Positions 9,096-17,814 of a stretch of DNA of 64,000 nucleotides are shown here, piece after piece (within the stretch, counting starts at the first letter, position 1; each line of letters opens with the position of its first letter). The position numbers and the translations under genes are program-made. The notes beneath the pieces are model-generated. The model saw only the letters and a program-made list of their open reading frames with translations. It was not told the DNA's origin and searched no databases. The DNA is from Gammaproteobacteria bacterium. Lineage in GTDB: Bacteria > Pseudomonadota > Gammaproteobacteria > Chromatiales > Chromatiaceae. The stretch lies in NCBI GenBank assembly GCA_024227135.1, contig JAAELC010000373.1, positions 4,162-68,161 on the forward strand, read 5' to 3'.

Positions 9096-10160
9096 CTATT
9101 GTTCGAACAGTGCATCCACAAATTCTTCAGGGTAGAAAGGCCGCAGATCCTCAATTGCTTCTCCCACTCCAATGAAGCGGATGGGTATTCCCAGCCTGTG
9201 GGCGATGGCAAAAACGATTCCACCTTTGGCGGTGCCGTCCAGTTTGGTGAGGACGATGCCGGTAATTCCTACCGACTCGTGGAACTGCCGAGCCTGGTTC
9301 AGCGCGTTCTGCCCGGTGCTTGCATCGATCACGAGCATCACTTCATGGGGGGAATCCGGGTCAATTTTTTTCTGTACCCGGGATATTTTTGAGAGTTCGT
9401 CCATGAGGTTACTCTTGGTGTGAAGTCGCCCTGCCGTGTCGGCAATCAGTACATCCATATTCCGGGCGGTTGCTGCCTGCAGCGCATCGAATATAACCGA
9501 TGCCGAGTCGGCACCGCTTTGCTGGGCAATCACCGGAATGTCGTTGCGCTCACCCCATGTCTGCAGCTGTTCAACAGCGGCCGCACGAAATGTGTCCCCA
9601 GCCGCCAGCATGACGCTTTGGCCCTCTGCTTTGAGGCGTTTGGCCAGTTTTCCGATAGTTGTGGTCTTGCCTGCCCCGTTGACCCCCACCATCATGATGA
9701 CCTGGGGTTTTCCCTCTGCGGCCGGGCGTACCGGTTTTTCGCTGCGCTGCAGGATCTCCAGCAGTTGGGCTTTGAGAATCCGGATCAGTGCTTCCGGGTC
9801 AGACAGCTCTTTGCGTTTGACCATCCAGGCCAGAAGCTCGGTGATTCTGGAGGTGACATCCATGCCCACATCTGCGGTTACCAGCAGAGTCTCCAGATCC
9901 TCGAGCAAATCCTCATCGATGTTTTTCCTCCCAAGCATCAGGTTGGTGAGGCCACCCGAAAAGGTTTTGCGGGTTTTCTCCAGCCGCACTTTCAGGCGGG
10001 AATAAAACCCCTTCTTATCGGGTTGTTCTTCCGATGATGCCTCCCCGCTGCCAGGGTCTTTTTTCTGTTTTCCGAATCCGCGCATATGCGATAGTTCCAG
10101 GGCGCCATGGAACCCATGGGGCGCCGTCTTGTCTCTAGATCGAAGATTAACTTTAGACAT
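9096..10160 (-). CDS. ftsY: Signal recognition particle receptor FtsY
   Basis: SRP GTPase motifs GVNGAGKTTTIGKLA, DTAGR and TKLDGTAKGG, with an acidic N-terminal region. The start is uncertain. The ATG at 10085 (MRGFGKQKKD) is an alternative. Confidence 0.88.
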   Translation of the reverse strand: MSKVNLRSRDKTAPHGFHGALELSHMRGFGKQKKDPGSGEASSEEQPDKKGFYSRLKVRLEKTRKTFSGGLTNLMLGRKNIDEDLLEDLETLLVTADVGMDVTSRITELLAWMVKRKELSDPEALIRILKAQLLEILQRSEKPVRPAAEGKPQVIMMVGVNGAGKTTTIGKLAKRLKAEGQSVMLAAGDTFRAAAVEQLQTWGERNDIPVIAQQSGADSASVIFDALQAATARNMDVLIADTAGRLHTKSNLMDELSKISRVQKKIDPDSPHEVMLVIDASTGQNALNQARQFHESVGITGIVLTKLDGTAKGGIVFAIAHRLGIPIRFIGVGEAIEDLRPFYPEEFVDALFEQ

Positions 10161-10262
10161 GGGGGGCGGGGTCTGAAAGAATCGGCCCTCTCATGTCGAG
10201 CCGGAATCCTAACATTTTGCGCGGTTTCAACCTATCCCAACGGACGGATGCGGAGTAATTTA

Positions 10263-11630
10263 ATGATAAGAAGTATTTTGATGGTAGTACTGCCGGCTGT
10301 AGTGTTCTCAGCCTGGGCTGAGGGACCGGTGCATGAGTTCGCACTGGATAACAGATTGAAGGTCATCGTAAAAGAGGATCACCGGGCTCCGATCGTCGTC
10401 ACTCAGGTCTGGTATAAAGTGGGATCCTCTTACGAGCCTGCTGGCACCACCGGGGTATCCCACGTCCTGGAGCACATGATGTTCAAAGGTACACCGAACC
10501 ATCCTCCGGGTCAGTTTTCGCGGATAATCGCTGCCAACGGGGGGAGGGAAAATGCCTTCACCGGGCGTGATTACACGGCCTATTTCCAGACACTGTCCCG
10601 GGACAGGCTGGAGATTGCCTTCGAACTGGAAGCTGATCGTATGCGTCATTTGACGCTGCCTGAAGAGGAGTTCAGGAAAGAGATCGAGGTGGTCAAAGAG
10701 GAGCGGCGCATGCGCACCGAGGACAAGCCGACGTCCCTGACGTACGAGCAGTTGCTGGCCGTTGCTTATCGCAATCTACCCTATTCCCACCCCATTATCG
10801 GCTGGATGAGTGACCTGGAGAATATGTCGGTAGATGATCTGCGTCGCTGGTACCAGCTATGGTACGCCCCCAACAATGCAACGCTCGTTGTCGTGGGTGA
10901 CGTTGATCCGGCTGCTGTGTTGAAACTCGCTGAAAAGTACTTCGGTCCTCTCAAGCCGGAGAATATTCCCGCTCAGAAACCCCGGATCGAACCCCCTCAG
11001 CGGGGCGAAACCCGGGTCAGCGTCCGTGCTCCTGCCCGTGAACCCTATCTGATCATGGGCTACAAGACACCGGTGGTCGGACATGCAGATCAGGAGTGGG
11101 AGCCTTATGCGCTGGATATTCTGACCTCGATTCTGGATGGTGGCAGCAGCGCACGACTGACCCGTCGTCTGGTTAGAGGGGAGGAGATCGCAGTATCCGC
11201 CGGAGCCAGTTACAGTGCCTTTGCCCGTCTGCCCGGTATGTTGCTCATGGATGGGGCTCCGGCGCCGGGCCACGATATAGAGGAGGTGGAGCGGGCGTTG
11301 CGGGAGGAGGCTGACCGGCTCAAGAAGGAGCCGGTCAGTGCAGAGGAACTGAGCCGGGTGCGCGCCCAGGTGGTGGCGGGTAAAGTCTACGAGCTGGATT
11401 CGGTGTTTTATCAGGCGATGCAGATCGGTACCCTCGAGACCATCGGTCTGGACTGGCGTTTGATCGATGAATACGCGGAGCGCATCAAAAAGGTCACCCC
11501 GCAGCAGATAAGCCAGGTGGCGCAGAAATATCTGACCGAGGACAATCTGACAGTCGCGGTTCTCGATCCCCTTCCTCTGGATGGAAAAAAACCACTTGCC
11601 TCAAGAGGAGGTCACGATGGGACTCACTAG
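10263..11630 (+). CDS. M16 family zinc peptidase, catalytic-type subunit
   Basis: HxxEH zinc motif (GVSHVLEHMMFKGT). The signal peptide begins at MIRSILMVVLPAVVFSAWA, and GGAG lies 8 nt upstream of the ATG at 10263. The track ORF starts at 10107. Confidence 0.8.
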   Translation: MIRSILMVVLPAVVFSAWAEGPVHEFALDNRLKVIVKEDHRAPIVVTQVWYKVGSSYEPAGTTGVSHVLEHMMFKGTPNHPPGQFSRIIAANGGRENAFTGRDYTAYFQTLSRDRLEIAFELEADRMRHLTLPEEEFRKEIEVVKEERRMRTEDKPTSLTYEQLLAVAYRNLPYSHPIIGWMSDLENMSVDDLRRWYQLWYAPNNATLVVVGDVDPAAVLKLAEKYFGPLKPENIPAQKPRIEPPQRGETRVSVRAPAREPYLIMGYKTPVVGHADQEWEPYALDILTSILDGGSSARLTRRLVRGEEIAVSAGASYSAFARLPGMLLMDGAPAPGHDIEEVERALREEADRLKKEPVSAEELSRVRAQVVAGKVYELDSVFYQAMQIGTLETIGLDWRLIDEYAERIKKVTPQQISQVAQKYLTEDNLTVAVLDPLPLDGKKPLASRGGHDGTH

Positions 11631-12948
11631 AAAAAGCTGGTTTTTACTCGCTGTATTGATGGTTTTCGGGTTGCCTGGAGCCCAGTCATGGGCCGGACCT
11701 GAAATTCAGCAATGGACCACCGATAACGGTGCACGGGTGCTTTTCGTGGAAGCCCCCGGTTTACCAATGCTGGATATACGGGTGGTGTTCGACGCGGGAA
11801 GCGCCCGGGATGGTGACTCTGCGGGCCTGGCCAGTCTGACCAGCGGTCTGCTCGCTGACGGTGCGGCAGACTGGAATGCGGATCAGATCGCCGACCGCCT
11901 CGAGGCCGTCGGCGCCGAGCTGGATACCGGTTCGTTAAGAGATATGGCCTGGGTATCATTGCGAACGCTGACGGACCGGCAAGCCTACGAAAGGTCGGTG
12001 GAAACGATGAGAGCGGTACTTGTTTCCCCGACCTTCGAAACAGACGACCTGGAACGTAACCGCAAGGGAATGCTAACGGCGGTTCGAATAGGAGAGCAGA
12101 AGCCTGGCACCGTAGCCAGTAAAGCCTTCCACCGGGCGGTATTCGGGGATCATCCCTACGCCACTCCGCCGGGTGGTACCCGGGAATCTCTGGAGAGCAT
12201 TTCAAGGGATCAGGTGGTCGCCTTCTACAAGCAACACTACGTGGCGGAAAACGGAGTTGTGGCCATCGTCGGTGCACTCGACCGGCAGCAGGCCGAGCGT
12301 CTGGCTCAGGAGGTGGTTGGAGATTTACCCCGGGGGGTCAAGGCATCGCCTCTCCAACCGGTCAGTGAGCTAAAGCAGGCGCGGCGTATCCAAACCCAGT
12401 TCCCCTCCAGTCAGAGCCATATTCTGATGGGCCAGCCCGGACTCTATCGGGGAGATCCTGACTATTTCGAACTCTATGTAGGAAATCACATCCTGGGTGG
12501 AGGTGGCCTGGTTTCACTTCTGAATGAGGAGGTGAGGGAAAACCGGGGACTGTCGTACAGCGTATACAGCTATTTTTCTCCCATGCGCCGTAGTGGTCCG
12601 TTTGTCATGGGTGCACAAACCCAGAATGCCAAGGCTGATGAAGCGCTGAAGGTTATGGGCGATACCCTGATGCAATTTATCGAGCAAGGGCCTACCGAAG
12701 AACAGTTGACCGCGGCCCGGCAGAATATCACGGGCGGTTTTCCCCTGCGGATCTCCAGTAACAGCAAGATCGTGGAATATCTTTCAATGATTGGATTTTA
12801 CCAGTTGCCACTGGACTATCTGGATGCTTTTACCGGGCGGATAGATGCCGTTACCGTGAAGGGTATACATGATGCATTTCTTCGCCGGGTGCACCCCGAT
12901 CGTTTTGTGACCGTGGTGGTGGGTAATGGCCAGGCGTCGGGGGAGTGA
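11617..12948 (+). CDS. M16 family peptidase-like protein lacking the HxxEH motif (non-catalytic partner)
   Basis: M16 fold with no HxxEH. AGGAGG RBS precedes the ATG at 11617 (MGLTRKSWFLLAVLMVFGLPGA, a signal peptide). It overlaps the upstream peptidase gene by 14 bp. Confidence 0.75.
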   Translation: MGLTRKSWFLLAVLMVFGLPGAQSWAGPEIQQWTTDNGARVLFVEAPGLPMLDIRVVFDAGSARDGDSAGLASLTSGLLADGAADWNADQIADRLEAVGAELDTGSLRDMAWVSLRTLTDRQAYERSVETMRAVLVSPTFETDDLERNRKGMLTAVRIGEQKPGTVASKAFHRAVFGDHPYATPPGGTRESLESISRDQVVAFYKQHYVAENGVVAIVGALDRQQAERLAQEVVGDLPRGVKASPLQPVSELKQARRIQTQFPSSQSHILMGQPGLYRGDPDYFELYVGNHILGGGGLVSLLNEEVRENRGLSYSVYSYFSPMRRSGPFVMGAQTQNAKADEALKVMGDTLMQFIEQGPTEEQLTAARQNITGGFPLRISSNSKIVEYLSMIGFYQLPLDYLDAFTGRIDAVTVKGIHDAFLRRVHPDRFVTVVVGNGQASGE

Positions 12949-13522
12949 GGTTATCCGCGGAGCCGGTCAGACCAATCTGGTTCGGATCATCGGTGGGATA
13001 CACCGTGGGCGCAAACTCAGGTTTCCGCCGGTTCCGGGCCTGAGGCCCACTCCCGATGCGGTTCGAGAGACGCTGTTTAACTGGCTGCAGCCGATCATCC
13101 CCGGAGCGGTCTGCCTGGACCTGTTCGCAGGCAGTGGAGCCCTGGGGCTGGAAGCCGTCTCCCGGGGGGCATCCCGTGTAGTGTCGGTGGACCGCTCAAC
13201 CCAGGTGGTTCAACAGATTCGTGAGAACGCGGCGCTGTTGAGACTGGAACAGGTGGAAGTGGTGCGGGCGGAGGTGCTGGAATGGCTGGAAAATACCCCA
13301 CCCCGGCCATTCAATGTCGTATTTGCGGATCCTCCCTATGCCGATGACTCGCTGGATACCTGCTGTGCGTTGTTGGCGCAACGGGGGTGGCTGAGCCCGG
13401 AGGCAAGCATCTATCTCGAAGCAGGTTCTGACGCCGTATTGTCAAAGCCCCTGAAAATCTGGCAGCAGACCCATGTGAAACGTGCTGGTCGGGTCTGTTA
13501 TTCTCTGTTTTTCAACGGGTGA
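12926..13522 (+). CDS. rsmD: 16S rRNA (guanine966-N2)-methyltransferase RsmD
   Basis: RIIGGIHRGRKL N-terminus, SAM-binding motif LDLFAGSGALGLEA, and DPPY motif (VVFADPPY). Confidence 0.88.
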   Translation: MARRRGSEVIRGAGQTNLVRIIGGIHRGRKLRFPPVPGLRPTPDAVRETLFNWLQPIIPGAVCLDLFAGSGALGLEAVSRGASRVVSVDRSTQVVQQIRENAALLRLEQVEVVRAEVLEWLENTPPRPFNVVFADPPYADDSLDTCCALLAQRGWLSPEASIYLEAGSDAVLSKPLKIWQQTHVKRAGRVCYSLFFNG

Positions 13523-13613
13523 CCTGGTTGATTCTGGTCATTGAATGCGTTTTATCATTTGACTTGACCAGATCCGGTATTATCATCCCGCCAACCTGAA
13601 TCGGAACCACTAA

Positions 13614-14081
<468 letters not shown>

Positions 14082-14090
14082 TTCCATGAT

Positions 14091-14128
14091 GCGGCCTGTG
14101 TTCGGGTACAATGGCCGTAGTTTTTTTT
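14091..14128 (+). terminator. Possible intrinsic terminator after coaD
   Basis: GCGGCC (14091-96) pairs with GGCCGT (14113-18) and is followed by T8 (14121-28). The 16-nt loop is large, so this is only moderately convincing. Confidence 0.45.
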
Positions 14129-14138
14129 AGATATTTAA

Positions 14139-14429
<291 letters not shown>

Positions 14430-14476
14430 GTCTGGGTTGCGGCCCAGTCGGTCCAGACCGCTGATCGGGAGAAAAT

Positions 14477-14731
14477 ATGATGAAGTTCAATCCGTGTCGG
14501 GATGCCTGCACCCACGATGGAGCGTGCTGTCAGGGGTGTGGGCGAAGCCATGATGAAATAGCCCAGACCAAGGCACTGGTAGCGTCTGTGGTTCAGTTTA
14601 CTCTTGATAAGGGATTTGAAAACATAGACCAGTTCACTACCTATGTGGGTCTCAAAGCGGCGAATAAAGTGCGGGCTGCCCTTGCTGAACGGGTTGGCGG
14701 CGGAGTTGTCGGAAAATCTTCTGAGGAGTGA
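14477..14731 (+). CDS. Small cysteine-rich protein (DUF1289-like N-terminus)
   Basis: 84 aa. NPCRDACTHDGACCQGCGRSHDEI resembles the PCxxxC...CxGCxRxxxEI motif of DUF1289/YdhL-type proteins. The family assignment is tentative. Confidence 0.5.
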   Translation: MMKFNPCRDACTHDGACCQGCGRSHDEIAQTKALVASVVQFTLDKGFENIDQFTTYVGLKAANKVRAALAERVGGGVVGKSSEE

Positions 14732-14781
14732 AAACAGCGGTGTGGTTCCGGTTTCATGACCACTGAATGGAGTAGCGGGCT

Positions 14782-15609
14782 ATGCCTGAATTACCGGAGG
14801 TGGAGACCACCCGTCGGGGTATAGAACCCTATATTGCGGGCCGGATGGTTACCTCAGTCGAAGTGAGGAATCCCCGTTTCCGCTGGCCCGTATCCCCCAC
14901 ACTGCCCGGTTGTCTCGAGGGGCGGCGTATAACCTCGGTGGAACGTCGCGGTAAGTATCTGCTGTTCCGAACCGATAGCGCGACGACCATGATCGTGCAC
15001 CTGGGCATGTCGGGCAGCCTTTCTGTATTCAGCACGGGTTCTTCGAATTCAAGCCCTGGTGTGCACGACCACATCGATTGGTCCATGTCCGGAGGGATCT
15101 GTCTGCGGATGCGTGATCCACGACGCTTCGGGGCTGTGTTACTCACCGATGCGCCACCACTGGATCATCCTCTCTTGCGGGGTCTGGGGCCGGAACCTTT
15201 CGATTCCCTGTTCAGTGGGGAGTATCTGTATCGTATCGCCAGATCCCGGAAGGTGACGGTGAAGCAGTTCATCATGGATGGGCGGATCGTGGTCGGGGTA
15301 GGCAATATTTACGCCAGTGAAGCGCTGTTCAGGAGTGGGATTCGGCCTGGAGTCAGTTGTCGCCGAATTTCCAGGCCCCGTTATCTCAAGCTCAAAGGGG
15401 CGGTGGTCCAGGTCTTGGGCCAGGCGATCGAGCAGGGCGGCACCACTTTGCGGGATTTTGTCAGAGAGGATGGGCGGCCCGGTTACTTCAAGCAGCAGCT
15501 CAACGTCTATGGCCGCGAAGGATTGCCCTGTTTGAAATGTGATAGCCCGATTCGTCTGAGTAGAATCGGTCAGCGATCAAGCTTTTTCTGTCCTGACTGT
15601 CAGCATTGA
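14782..15609 (+). CDS. mutM: Formamidopyrimidine-DNA glycosylase
   Basis: MPELPEVETTRRGI N-terminus and a C-terminal zinc finger CLKCDSPI...FFCPDCQ. Confidence 0.95.
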   Translation: MPELPEVETTRRGIEPYIAGRMVTSVEVRNPRFRWPVSPTLPGCLEGRRITSVERRGKYLLFRTDSATTMIVHLGMSGSLSVFSTGSSNSSPGVHDHIDWSMSGGICLRMRDPRRFGAVLLTDAPPLDHPLLRGLGPEPFDSLFSGEYLYRIARSRKVTVKQFIMDGRIVVGVGNIYASEALFRSGIRPGVSCRRISRPRYLKLKGAVVQVLGQAIEQGGTTLRDFVREDGRPGYFKQQLNVYGREGLPCLKCDSPIRLSRIGQRSSFFCPDCQH

Positions 15610-15758
15610 CCCGTCTCGCGCCCCGGTGAAGGTCTGGGTGATCTGCAGCTGAGTTGGGGATAGGATTGGGTGGTCTCACCATTTATCGAAATTTTAACGC
15701 AAACTCGCCGTTTGCCTGATCCAGGAGTCGCCCGGTCTCTGGACCGGCGGAGCAGATT

Positions 15759-16139
15759 ATGAGAGTACCAGTCGTTGTCCTGTTGATGCTTCCCTTGGTT
15801 GTCACTGCCCAGAGCCATCAAGGGATGAGTGAAGAGGATATGCAGAAAATGATGCAGCAGATGCAGGGAATGAAGTCCTGTATGGAAAATATCGATCAGG
15901 AAGAGATGCAGAAACTTGAGCGGCGTTCCCGCAAGATGGAAGCCGAAATCAGATCCTTGTGTGCCAGGGGTGAACGTGACGAAGCCCAGAGTCAAGCAAT
16001 GAAATTTGGTCTGGAGATGTCAGGGGATCCTACCATCAAGGCTCTTGGAGCATGTGGTGAAATGATGAAGGGCATGATGCCCCAGATGCTTTTCAACGAT
16101 CGGCCGGAGGAGCCGGGCAGTTATCACGTTTGTGATTGA
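15759..16139 (+). CDS. Secreted methionine-rich small protein, function unknown
   Basis: Signal peptide MRVPVVVLLMLPLVVTAQS. By my count the mature part has 16 Met in about 107 residues (MQKMMQQMQGMKSCM, GEMMKGMMPQM) and 4 Cys. Confidence 0.6.
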   Translation: MRVPVVVLLMLPLVVTAQSHQGMSEEDMQKMMQQMQGMKSCMENIDQEEMQKLERRSRKMEAEIRSLCARGERDEAQSQAMKFGLEMSGDPTIKALGACGEMMKGMMPQMLFNDRPEEPGSYHVCD

Positions 16140-16540
16140 GGCCTGAGGAGTCTGCGGTCGTCCGGCTCATGGTAAAGAGGTGCTGCCTGTAATCCGCACT
16201 CCGTCCTTTCCCGGGATTCCACAGAATTCTTCCAGCCGGGTGACCGAATTTTCCCAGCGGGTCTTTCCGGCTTTCTTCTGTCGACCTTCGGCTTATTGCA
16301 CTCCCCGTTGACGGCACAGCAGGGTTTTCAGGTACTCAAGCATCTTTTCGTTCGTGAGATCCACGACCCCTTTTTCCCAATCAGACCCTGGTTCGGGAAA
16401 TCTCCCCGGTTATCGACCAGGTTTTCATCGCTGTCCCATCGGAGGTCTGCCTGAATTTGCCTGTGCTCTTATTGTGAGGTGCGGCAGGGTGCACGGGCGG
16501 ATGGTTTACGAGTAGATGCTGTAAATCAAACTATTAAGGA

Positions 16541-16603
16541 TAACAAATTAGTCATGACGATTATGTTACATTATTGTTACGTTAAGGTAACGGTTTTGTT
16601 ACA
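16541..16603. promoter_or_regulatory. Phased TGTTAC repeat array in an AT-rich island (putative operator or protein-binding array)
   Basis: Direct TGTTAC copies start at 16564, 16575 and 16597, giving 11- and 22-bp spacing. Inverted partial copies are GTAAC at 16587 and TAACA at 16541. The array is about 90-150 bp upstream of the J-domain ORF. Confidence 0.5.
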
Positions 16604-16691
16604 ATAAAATGACCAAAATTTGAAGCGTGCACGATGCATCAATCTTACAACGATAAATATCACAATAATTACGAGATGATTCAGTAAGTTA

Positions 16692-17054
16692 TTGCGGCCG
16701 CTTCTGTATCAGCCAGTCCCGGGGGATGAAACATTGAAGAACAACCAGGCACCATTGAAGGACTATTACGCAGCATTGGGGGTGGGCCAGAGTGCAACCC
16801 TGGGCGAAATCAGGGAAGCGTACCGCAAACAGGCCCGGGATCTGCACCCTGATCGGAACGCTTGTCTGGATGCAAAGGATCGGTTCCTGGAGATTGGGGA
16901 GGCTTATCAGGTCATGAAATCCCCCAGTCGAAGAAACGAGTATGACGCCAAGGTCATTGCTGATTATTGCGGCAGACTCGTTGGCAGTTTCGAGGAAGAC
17001 AAAGACAAAGAAAAAGCCCGCCACTCGGAGTTTTATCGCATTATGCGGAAATAG
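16692..17054 (+). CDS. Stand-alone J-domain (DnaJ-like) protein
   Basis: Canonical J domain DYYAALGVGQSATLGEIREAYRKQARDLHPDRN with the HPD motif. There is no in-frame ATG, so the start is probably a TTG (16692, 16734 or 16755). Confidence 0.75.
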   Translation: MRPLLYQPVPGDETLKNNQAPLKDYYAALGVGQSATLGEIREAYRKQARDLHPDRNACLDAKDRFLEIGEAYQVMKSPSRRNEYDAKVIADYCGRLVGSFEEDKDKEKARHSEFYRIMRK

Positions 17055-17199
17055 TTTCCTGTCCTCCCTTCCGTATTCACTACCGGCAATTCGGCAGCTA
17101 CGGGCCATCACTCTGCCGGCAAGGTTGTCGGTTCACGCTGATTCTCCTGTGGTGACATACCCGTGGATGCCTCTGAGTGTTCGGGCTGGCGTGATGATT

Positions 17200-17721
17200 T
17201 CACTGTTTGCCGGTGGTGTCGGAATCGTGGAATTCCAATGACCCAAACGCCTGCTCCGGGGACAGAAGGTAGAGCGCAAACCGGTCCTTTATCAGGTGCA
17301 GGGTATCCCCCGACAGGACGTAGCGACGATGATCGATAGGGTGCGTACCCCCGAAAAACAGTGAGTGTTCGTCAAGTCGCAGTGTGGCTGCCGGTGGTTC
17401 CAGGCCGAACTGATCCCTTTCTTCCTCCGGTACGGGAAACCGTTCGGTACTCCGGGTTGTGGCGATTTCCAGCAGACCGGCTATCTTTTTGTCTTCCATG
17501 ATTACCCGTCGGGGTTGGGTCATCCACCATCCGTCTTGCGCTTTGCGAAAGCCAAACAGTCTGCCATCAGGAGTCCTTAGCTCCATACGGCTGATCAAGG
17601 ATGGCTCGAGGAGGGTGAGTCGGGGTGGGGTCTCTTCCGGGGGAGGGGTGCCCAGCCAGATCAGTAGCCCCAGAAGGGTTGCCAGAATCAGTATCAGATT
17701 GCCAGTCAATCCCCGGGGCAT
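17200..17721 (-). CDS. DUF4340-like membrane-anchored protein
   Basis: 173 aa with an N-terminal TM segment (LILILATLLGLLIWL). It lies downstream of a GldG-like gene, which is the usual context for DUF4340. The assignment rests on context and composition. Confidence 0.55.
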   Translation of the reverse strand: MPRGLTGNLILILATLLGLLIWLGTPPPEETPPRLTLLEPSLISRMELRTPDGRLFGFRKAQDGWWMTQPRRVIMEDKKIAGLLEIATTRSTERFPVPEEERDQFGLEPPAATLRLDEHSLFFGGTHPIDHRRYVLSGDTLHLIKDRFALYLLSPEQAFGSLEFHDSDTTGKQ

Positions 17722-17814
17722 GGGTACTCCATCAACGTTAAAGACATAGTTGCGCTGTAACCCGAAAAGAGCAGTCGACCGCTCTTATACTGTGATTATG
17801 ACACTGAAGGATGA

